Shown in pieces: positions 42,878 to 50,274 of a stretch of 64,000 nucleotides of DNA (its first letter is position 1; each line of letters begins with the position of its first letter). Location: positions 124,001-188,000 of IMG/VR virus record IMGVR_UViG_3300033233_000001; one strand, written 5' to 3'. Under the pieces are notes generated by a model. The model saw nothing but the letters and a program-made list of their open reading frames with translations. It was not told the origin of the DNA and searched no databases. The translations under genes were made by a program, and so were the position numbers.

Positions 42878-43786
42878 ATGTACCGAACTCGGAACGGAGA
42901 CGGGCGCTCTCACGGCAACAACATCTCGTACGGCGGCAACACCTCTCCGCCAACGCCACGACAGGGTTTCGCTGGCGGCATCTTCGCCGAACACGCTTTC
43001 AGCGAAGGCACGATCGGCGACGACGCGCTCGGAGAGGACTTCGTCAACGACGTGCTCGACCGCTCGGAAGAGGGGGTGCGTCCCGAGCATCTGCTCCATC
43101 ACGACGACCAGGAGGCCCTGGCGCTCGGCAGGAGCGTTCTCGGCGTCGCGAAAGCCGTCGGCGGGCTCGTGCGCGCGGTCGCCTCTGTGGGCCGTGTAGC
43201 GGCCGGCGACGTCGAGCGCGGCGGTCTGCGCGGAGCACTCGTCGAGGGACTCCGGCGGGCGGCCGACAAGTTCGACCCCGGAACGCGTCGAGCCAAGCCC
43301 GGCCTCGTCGAGAACCAGCCCGGAAACTTCATCGAGGACCAGGCCTGGCCATCCCGTCACTGGCCATCGAGAGCCGCGGACGAGGCGTACGCAGAAGCAC
43401 ATGCGGAAGCGGCGATGTCTACGCCTTGGCCAGAAGAGGACCCGTACACTGCTCGCGCGTCGCACGACCCTCGTGACCCGTACCGGCGGTTCGAGCGCGA
43501 TTACGTCCGACCACGTCGACCGCTTTCGACGCCCGCAGGCATCGGCTGGTCGCACTTGGCCGCGGCCGAAAAAGACATCCGACCGTCCACAACGACGACC
43601 GTCGAGAACGCGGCCCTCGGCGGTCGACCGCCAGGCGATCCAGAGCACGAGATGCTCGGCGACGACCTCGACGACCTCTACCGTGAAGCCGAGCGAGACG
43701 GGCCGCTCGTGATCCCCGCGACCGGAGCCGCGGAAGAAGACATCTTCCGTGAAGAGCCTTCCGAGACCGAAACCGAGACGCCCTAG
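42878..43786 (+). CDS. hypothetical protein
   Basis: 302-aa acidic ORF. Confidence 0.5.
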   Translation: MYRTRNGDGRSHGNNISYGGNTSPPTPRQGFAGGIFAEHAFSEGTIGDDALGEDFVNDVLDRSEEGVRPEHLLHHDDQEALALGRSVLGVAKAVGGLVRAVASVGRVAAGDVERGGLRGALVEGLRRAADKFDPGTRRAKPGLVENQPGNFIEDQAWPSRHWPSRAADEAYAEAHAEAAMSTPWPEEDPYTARASHDPRDPYRRFERDYVRPRRPLSTPAGIGWSHLAAAEKDIRPSTTTTVENAALGGRPPGDPEHEMLGDDLDDLYREAERDGPLVIPATGAAEEDIFREEPSETETETP

Positions 43787-44384
43787 TCGTCGTCTGGCTC
43801 GTCACCACCTACGGCGCTGCCGAGAGCATCGAGAGCACGCGACGCGTGCTCTCGCGCGGCTGCCGCGTGCTGCGCCGCCTCGCCGATAGCTGGCAGCGCT
43901 GTCACGGAGATGCGGCGACCACGGCGCGCAGCGCCGCGTACGAGCCGCCAAGCGACGCGCTGGTCCTCCGGCCAGGAGACCGCGGCGTGATCGAGCAGAG
44001 CAACGGCGGCATCTAGATCTGGCTGCATGGCCGCAGACTAGCAGCCCGGTCGCGTTTTACCTACTCGTCGTCCTCGTCGTCCGGGGCGTTCTTGTTCGGA
44101 CGCGTTGGATTGCGATACGGCGAGCGCGGCGCGGTTCCTGGCGGCGGCGACAGAAGCTCGTCGTCGAGCATGCGCATGAGTTTCACGTTCTGCGCGACGA
44201 TCTTCCGCGCCGCGAAGAAGCCGGTTACGCTTGCCAGCGCCCAGCCGAGCACGCCCCACCATGGCACTGTGCCGGAGACGGCCGTCAGAAACGTCATCGT
44301 GCCCGCTCCGCCCCCGACGGCAGACGAGAGAATCACCACCCGCCAGCCGGTCGCGAGCAACCGCGCGTCGCGCGCCTGCACCAG

Positions 44385-45206
44385 TCACTTCTTCTTGCTG
44401 CTGCCGCGCGGCAGCGTCGAGCGCTTGAGCGGCACGCCCTTCGGCACCGAGCCGAGCGGCGGCGCGATGCCGACGCTCACGCTGGCCCCGGAAAACCCGA
44501 CGAGCGACGACGACGCGTCGCCGGTCGCCATCGCGTGCACCTCGTTCTGGCTGAAGAACGACGACTCGCCGCGCACGACCGACTCGTAGCTCTCGGACTT
44601 CATCCCGCGACTGCGCAGCACGGCTGCACTCGTCGAGCCATAGAGAGCCTTGACGCCACCAGCATGGCCCGCGTAGTTCGCGGTCGACATGCCCTTCATG
44701 CCGTAGCTCTGGCCGGTCTGGAACGAGTCGATGTTCGCGCCAGCGAAGACGAAGAGCCAGCCGGCTTCCTGCTGCTGCTCCTTCACGAGCGTGCGGACCT
44801 GCTCGATCTTGTACTCCTTCGACGCGTTCTCCTCGCCGTCGGTGTGCACGATGACGATGACCTTCTCCGGTCGGTCCTTCGCAGCGAGCTTGTCGACTCT
44901 GGTTCCGAGCGAGACGATCGCACGCCCGAGCGCGTCGAGAAGCGCGGTGCCTCCGCGCGGCTCGTACGTCAGCGCCGTGAGCGCCGGCACGTCCGCGAGC
45001 GGCATGTCGAGGTAGTTCTCTTCGTACGCGTTATCGAACTGCACGAGGCTGACCGAACACGGGCTCTGGTCTTCGCGCTGGTCAGCAATCAGCTTGTTGA
45101 AGCCATCGATCACGGCGTTTCGCAGGCCAGCCATCGAACCTGACCTGTCGAGCACGAACATGATGTGCGTGCGCCCTGCTTCCATCGCCTTCTTCTTCGT
45201 CATCAT
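44385..45206 (-). CDS. vWA domain protein
   Basis: MIDAS DRSGSM, GGTALLDA and TDGEENAS. Confidence 0.9.
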   Translation of the reverse strand: MMTKKKAMEAGRTHIMFVLDRSGSMAGLRNAVIDGFNKLIADQREDQSPCSVSLVQFDNAYEENYLDMPLADVPALTALTYEPRGGTALLDALGRAIVSLGTRVDKLAAKDRPEKVIVIVHTDGEENASKEYKIEQVRTLVKEQQQEAGWLFVFAGANIDSFQTGQSYGMKGMSTANYAGHAGGVKALYGSTSAAVLRSRGMKSESYESVVRGESSFFSQNEVHAMATGDASSSLVGFSGASVSVGIAPPLGSVPKGVPLKRSTLPRGSSKKK

Positions 45207-45625
45207 TTCCTGCGCAAAAAGGGTCGGTCATCGATGTGCGCGCTCCGCTCGCACCTTCTCAGTCGCCGTCTTCTCGTCGTAGCCGCACGTCTTGCAGTGC
45301 CTGCCGTCCTCCGCCCAGTCGATGTCGCAGCACCACTTGCACTGCTCTGGACGAAGCGGTGAGATCGTCACGTGCCGGTCGTCAGAGGGGCCGCCGCGAC
45401 CGCCGCGAATCGCGACGAGCGCGTCGGCAGCGCTGTAGGCCTCAAGCGCGCTTCGCATGCCGCCGCTGCCGCCGCCGAGACGCCAAGCGGCCTCGTACCA
45501 GCGCGCCGTAGCTCGATCTGGATGCGCGACGGTTTCCAGCGCTGTCGCGACGCGACCGAGACGCTCCGCGATCTGTTCGAGAACGGCCGCGTAGTTGGGC
45601 TCGTAGTGATCTGCCACGACTGCCG

Positions 45626-45670
45626 AATCTACGGCGTGTCGGACAGAATGTCAAGCGGCTTCCGACACAC
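45626..45670 (-). promoter_or_regulatory. promoter with operator boxes
   Basis: GTGTGTCGGAAGC, then TTGACA-17-TAGATT-8-GTG. Confidence 0.7.
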
Positions 45671-45724
45671 CAGCTTCCGGCCATACCGCCACGCAGTCCG
45701 ACGTAAGGCCTGGGGCTTCATCGC

Positions 45725-46028
45725 CCCGACGCACCTAACACTTCGATCTCGCATGTGTCGTACCAGCATGAGTCCGAGCGACCTGACCTGCTTGACCCTT
45801 CGATCTCGCCTGTCGAGGGGCGCTGGCGTGACGCGCGTCACGGCCCGACCTGCTTGACCCTTCGATCTCGCCTGTCGAGCAGCTGGCTAACACTGCGTGG
45901 CCATCCGATCAAAGACTACCCGACCTGCTTGACCCTTCGATCTCGCCTGTCGAGGCCTACGGCGACCTCGACGCCGGGGCCCGCGACCGTGTCCCGACCT
46001 GCTTGACCCTTCGATCTCGCCTGTCGAG
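45725..46028 (-). CRISPR. Cas12f-associated array (4 repeats plus a divergent terminal repeat)
   Basis: 36-nt repeat CTCGACAGGCGAGATCGAAGGGTCAAGCAGGTCGGG at 45993, 45919, 45844 and 45782; variant at 45725; spacers of 38, 39, 26 and 21 nt. Confidence 0.92.
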
Positions 46029-46090
46029 AGCCGTCGAAAAACACCAGCGATTCCGCGGGCCTCGTAGCCGGTCTGCGAGCGGTCCCTGTT

Positions 46091-46287
46091 CTCGACATGT
46101 GAGATCGAAGTGCCAAGCACGTTCGAGCGCTTCGTGGCCAACGCATCGAACTGGATTTCCGAACAAGTACCATTACTTGCTACGGTCCACGTACCTTCGC
46201 GAGCGGGTCCGGTACTTTTGCAAGCACCGGGGCCCCTCGCGTTCGTGCCCATCGGGGGGCACATCACCGAACTTGCGTTCGGAGAAA
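46091..46287 (-). ncRNA. tracrRNA, copy 1
   Basis: Inverted repeat copy (anti-repeat) at 46091-46126 plus hairpins; paralogous to 48632-48812. Confidence 0.8.
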
Positions 46288-47805
46288 TCATTCGGCCGCC
46301 TGCGCCTTCTCCGTGCGGGCCTTCTTTCGGATTCGACCGGACGCGCGCTTGATCGCTGCGATCTGATCCGGCAGCGGCAGCGGCTTACCGTCCCGCAGGA
46401 GCATGTTCCACGCGTAGATGACGTCGACGGGACGCTCTAGCCTGCACGTCACGACCTCACAGCAGAACTTGCCGCTCTTGCCGAAGGTCGCGCTGACCTC
46501 GGCCGAGTGCTCGTGCAGGCACGACGGACACGTCCGCGAGTTCATGTCGCTCGGCACGATCTCGACCGTCAGCCCCCGCTTCTTCGCCGCCCACTCGATG
46601 GACTCTCGCAGCTGCGCGAGCGGGAAGCTCCGCACGAGGTACTCGACGTGTTCGCCAAGCTCGGGAGCGCCATCCTTCGCTGGATTGCCCCAGTCTTCGA
46701 CGAGGATCCGCGACACGCCGCGCCTTTCGGCGAGGCGCATCGCGTGCGACGCGATCTCCTGGCACTTCGTGCGTACCCACCTGGCCTCCGCGTCTTCGAG
46801 TCGCGTGAAGTGCTCTTCGCGCCGAGCAGTGCCGTGACCCTTGGCACCGTCACCAAGCTCGCGCTTGTGCCGACCGAGTGACGAGCGCCGCGCACGGTAC
46901 GCCGCCTTGTGGGCGAGCACGTCGCCGCCGTCGGCGAGCACAGTCGTGTACGCTTCACGCCCGTCGTCGCCGCGGGCGATTGCCGCGGTCAGGAACGTCC
47001 GCACGCCTCGATGCAGAGCCATCGTGCGGCCGGTCTCGGTCTTACGGACCTCGGAAGTGAAAGACACGAAGGCCATCCACTTCCGTTTGCCATCGCGATC
47101 GTCGTCTTCGACCAGGCGGCAGTCGCCGAGGCAGGCCGGATCGGCCAGAACACGCTTCAGCGACGCGAAGCCGCTTCCGCCGTAGGGCTTCACGACCAAG
47201 CGCACCTGTGTCGGCCGGTCGCTGTCCTCGCCGAACAACGGCAGCGTCAAGATCGCCAGGCCGTCGCTCGGTTCGAGACGGATCGCGCCGTTGCCTGACG
47301 CGATGTAGATCGGAGAGCCACCCCTGAAGGTGGGAAGCGACATCTTGCCCTTCCATTTTTCCTTCCGCCACTTCTTCCAGCGCGTGAAGGCCGCACCGGC
47401 CGTACCAAGCAGGACTTTCGCGCCGGGGTACGTCGTCGCGACCTTCTCGTCGCCGTAGTACGGCTTGCCCTTCTTGACGCGTGCGGCCGCGGCCTCGCGT
47501 TCGTTGAGCCAGAGGTCACGCGTCAGCTGGTAACTCCGCGACCGCGCTAGGATCTTTCCGGCCTTCTTTGCGCCGAGCTTGCCGGCGCGCTCCTCGACTT
47601 CGAGATCGGTGATCACGCCGTTGAGGACGCGATGGATCGGAGCGCGCAGCGCGCGCAGGAGCGGCCCGAGTGCCGCCCAGTCGTGGTCGAGCGGGCGGAT
47701 CACCTCCAACCGCAGGGTCGAGACGATCTGCGCATCGACCGCCGCATCGTCTAACGCGGCCTCGACGACGAGCGGCCCCGTCTCTTCTTCAGCGGGCTCA
47801 GTCAC
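46288..47805 (-). CDS. cas12f: Cas12f1-like effector, predicted nuclease-dead (about 505 aa)
   Basis: Colinear with AsCas12f1 as recalled (LEVIRPLDHDW, GKMSLPTF, DGGD..GHG, ILVED, CPSC/CCEV Zn ribbon); RuvC-I reads MALHRG in place of MGIDLG. Confidence 0.85.
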   Translation of the reverse strand: MTEPAEEETGPLVVEAALDDAAVDAQIVSTLRLEVIRPLDHDWAALGPLLRALRAPIHRVLNGVITDLEVEERAGKLGAKKAGKILARSRSYQLTRDLWLNEREAAAARVKKGKPYYGDEKVATTYPGAKVLLGTAGAAFTRWKKWRKEKWKGKMSLPTFRGGSPIYIASGNGAIRLEPSDGLAILTLPLFGEDSDRPTQVRLVVKPYGGSGFASLKRVLADPACLGDCRLVEDDDRDGKRKWMAFVSFTSEVRKTETGRTMALHRGVRTFLTAAIARGDDGREAYTTVLADGGDVLAHKAAYRARRSSLGRHKRELGDGAKGHGTARREEHFTRLEDAEARWVRTKCQEIASHAMRLAERRGVSRILVEDWGNPAKDGAPELGEHVEYLVRSFPLAQLRESIEWAAKKRGLTVEIVPSDMNSRTCPSCLHEHSAEVSATFGKSGKFCCEVVTCRLERPVDVIYAWNMLLRDGKPLPLPDQIAAIKRASGRIRKKARTEKAQAAE

Positions 47806-48422
47806 GCTGCATCTCGACGTGACGTGCGCTTCTGTGCCTCGACGGCCGACGGGCTCGTCTCCGAGCCGGCGGCGCGCTTCGGCGTCTTCCGCAGCTGCCT
47901 GATCTCGGCACGCAGCGTGGCGTTCTCGACGCGCAGACGGTCGCACTCTTCCTTGGCCGCGACGAGTTCACTCGCGAGCGCCGTGTAACTCTTGTGACCC
48001 GCGCCCGCTCCGAGAATTCGAGAGCGCAGATCGCTCGCGAGACGACTCACGGTCTGAGCCGAGATCGGCGTCCCGTTCGTACGCTCCCACGTCCGCGCCT
48101 CGTCGAGCATCTCGCGCTGCTTGCCGGCGTCGCGGAAGCGACCGGCGGCCACAACCGCATGAATTCCCACGCCTTCGATGCCCTTCGCGCCCAGACCGTT
48201 ACGCGCTGCCCTGTACCCGTCGTATCGCGACGGGCGGCACAGGTTCGTCTGCTCCAGGAACTGGAGGAACGTGAGGCCCGTGTCCTTCCACAGGCCGGTC
48301 ACCTGTTCCGCCTCGTAGAGATACGAGAGGAAGTCGCCCTCTGCATCGTCCGCCAGCGTTCGGAGACGCTTGGCCTCGGCGATGAACTGTTCGAGCGTCG
48401 TCGACTTGTTGATTCGCGGCAT
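47802..48422 (-). CDS. 206-aa protein translationally coupled to cas12f
   Basis: GTGA overlap with the cas12f start; C-terminal coiled coil. Confidence 0.75.
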   Translation of the reverse strand: MPRINKSTTLEQFIAEAKRLRTLADDAEGDFLSYLYEAEQVTGLWKDTGLTFLQFLEQTNLCRPSRYDGYRAARNGLGAKGIEGVGIHAVVAAGRFRDAGKQREMLDEARTWERTNGTPISAQTVSRLASDLRSRILGAGAGHKSYTALASELVAAKEECDRLRVENATLRAEIRQLRKTPKRAAGSETSPSAVEAQKRTSRRDAA

Positions 48423-48429
48423 GTTCGTA

Positions 48430-48473
48430 GGTCTACACGGCCCAGGACCGTGAGTCAAGAGCTTGCGACACAC
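48430..48473 (-). promoter_or_regulatory. promoter of the partner-cas12f operon
   Basis: Box GTGTGTCGCAAGC, then TTGACT-17-TAGACC-7-ATG. Confidence 0.7.
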
Positions 48474-48506
48474 CTCGTTCCGTGAAGTCGCGAACGCTGG
48501 AACCTA

Positions 48507-48594
48507 CCGGCACGGTCGACCTCTCGATCTGGCGCTGCGAGGTCGCTCTTGCGGCTCGCCCGACGCGCTTGACCATCGATCTCGCCGTCGCGAG
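48507..48594 (-). CRISPR. second degenerate mini-array (2 variant repeats, 17-nt spacer)
   Basis: 48559-48594 resembles the main repeat; 48507-48541 pairs with the anti-repeat at 48632-48666. Confidence 0.7.
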
Positions 48595-48631
48595 TGAGGA
48601 TGGATCGCTCTGGACCGATTACCCCGTCACG

Positions 48632-48812
48632 CTCGCAGCTCCAGATCGAAGGGCCGAACGTGTCCGAGCGCTTCATGGCCAACGCATCGAACTGGATTTC
48701 CTCATGAGCACCAGCGCTCACGAGGTCCACGTACCTTCGCGAGTGCGGCCGAGACCACCTCGCGTTCGGGCCAATCGGGTGGCCCATATCGCCGAGCTTG
48801 CGCTCGGAGAAG
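48632..48812 (-). ncRNA. tracrRNA, copy 2
   Basis: Shares GAGCGCTTC.TGGCCAACGCATCGAACTGGATTTCC, GGTCCACGTACCTTCGCGAG and CTTGCG.TCGGAGAA with copy 1. Confidence 0.8.
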
Positions 48813-49059
48813 TTCTTGTCGGACGTCATCGGCCGTCCCAGCCCTCGCGACGAGCGCGCTCCAACAGGTCGACGCGCTCGGGTCCGACCGCTGCGTGCTG
48901 CCACATCTGGACGTGGGCCTCCTCGACGTCGACGAGACGCACGATCTCGGCGTCCTCGCCGGCAAGCTGGACGAAGCCGGCCTCCGGGCGCCAAATCCAG
49001 ATCGGCCCGCAGAGTACGTTGCCGGACTTTAGCTTGATGGTGGCGTCACGCATTGGGCA

Positions 49060-49131
49060 TTCGGGGGCCAGGACTCGAACCTGGACGGGCGACTTCAAGG
49101 GACGCTGGCCTGCCGATTAGCCGAACCCCGA
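49060..49131 (-). tRNA. tRNA-Gln(TTG), atypical loop
   Basis: Cloverleaf; loop CCTTGAA. Confidence 0.7.
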
Positions 49132-49515
49132 GCAGCATTCAGGCGCTGGCTCGTTGGCGTTCGGTCTTCGCCTTCCGTCTCTCGGCCGAGCGCGCCTTGC
49201 GTTCCACAGCAAGCCGTATGCGCTCTATGCAAACCGAACACGAGTCGGACGAGAAGTCCAAGTGGACGCCGTACTCGCAGCCGTCGCTACACGCCCAGTC
49301 GTCTTCGACGTAGGGGCGCGCCTGCTCGTGCCGCATGCTCAGCATGGCAGCGGCAGGATCGAAGCCTGCCCTACGCGCTAGCGCCGCAAGCCCTTCAAGC
49401 GAGACCGCGAGGTCGCCGAGATCGTCGACGGTCACCGAGCACGTCACGCCCCGACGACGACCACTGCCATCTACGGCGTGGTTCACGTGCGGAGGCCGAT
49501 CTTCGTCCTTGGCCG

Positions 49516-49848
49516 TCATGCGGCGCTCTCCCGCGTCCGCTCGGCACGCTCGGCCTTCTCCGCCAACTCCGCATCGAAAAGCCGGCGTGCGCGTCGGCAC
49601 ACCTTGCACGCGTCCGGCGAGCAGCAGAGTTCGATCTTGTAGCCGTCCTCGCACCACTCGGTGATGTAGTTATGCTCGATCCACACGTCGCTCGGCTTGA
49701 AGCCAGCACGTTTCGCGAGCGCGGAGAGATCTGCGAGCGACCAGCCGTTCGCGCCGTCGCTGATGATGACGCAGCACTTGCCGGCGATCCAGCCGGTCCG
49801 CTTCGGCATGTCATGGACGACAACTACGGTCTTTTCAGTCTTGGCCAT
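49516..49848 (-). CDS. hypothetical protein
   Basis: MAKTEKTVVVV start; similar layout to the neighbouring ORF 49139-49519. Confidence 0.5.
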   Translation of the reverse strand: MAKTEKTVVVVHDMPKRTGWIAGKCCVIISDGANGWSLADLSALAKRAGFKPSDVWIEHNYITEWCEDGYKIELCCSPDACKVCRRARRLFDAELAEKAERAERTRESAA

Positions 49849-49850
49849 TA

Positions 49851-49921
49851 TACCCCGTACGGGAGTCGAACCCGTCTCGTCTGCGTGAAAAACAGATGGC
49901 CTCCCAGAAGCCGAACGGGGC
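49851..49921 (-). tRNA. tRNA-Glu(TTC)
   Basis: Cloverleaf. Confidence 0.8.
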
Positions 49922-49925
49922 AAAA

Positions 49926-50008
49926 GTTCCTGACAAGGGGTGCCGGCGGAAATGGGCTTGCGCCCAGTTTGTTTGGTAAACGGTAACCGCGTAGCGTCGG
50001 CCAGGAAC
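49926..50008 (-). ncRNA. Y-RNA-like element
   Basis: GCCGA..GGTTACC..CCTTGTC within a closed terminal stem. Confidence 0.7.
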
Positions 50009-50079
50009 CGGGAAAGAATACACAGGCCGAGGTCTTGCGACGAACCTCATCGAGCACGGCCTGTGGGGGAGTGATTGAA

Positions 50080-50169
50080 GTCGAGCAAGGGGAGTGACCT
50101 CGGGATCGGTGCGTGCCGGGTTAAATGCCCGGTGCGATTGAGGTGATAACCCGTGATCGTCGGCTCGAC
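50080..50169 (-). ncRNA. Y-RNA-like element
   Basis: GCCGA..GGTTATC..CCTTGC within a closed terminal stem. Confidence 0.72.
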
Positions 50170-50209
50170 TGTTGGTTTTGGTGAGACCCTTTCTAGCTGA
50201 TTGAAACTC

Positions 50210-50266
50210 CGAGCAAGGTGGTGTCCGACGGGTTTCAACCAAAGATAACCATCGGACTTCGGCTCG
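50210..50266 (-). ncRNA. Y-RNA-like element
   Basis: GCCGAAG..GGTTATC..CCTTGC immediately after the Ro60 stop. Confidence 0.72.
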
Positions 50267-50274
50267 AAGCAGAA

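Noticed and set aside
46288-47946. Calling the effector Cas12m, or using the 47946 start
   Set aside because: His in RuvC-I recalls Cas12m, but the sequence tracks AsCas12f1 and has a tracrRNA. The GTG at 47805, coupled to the upstream stop, is the better start.
48455-48994. ORFs over the duplicated 48.6-48.8 kb and 46.1-46.3 kb segments as paralogous proteins
   Set aside because: The variation preserves base pairing rather than a credible protein, so an RNA explains it better.
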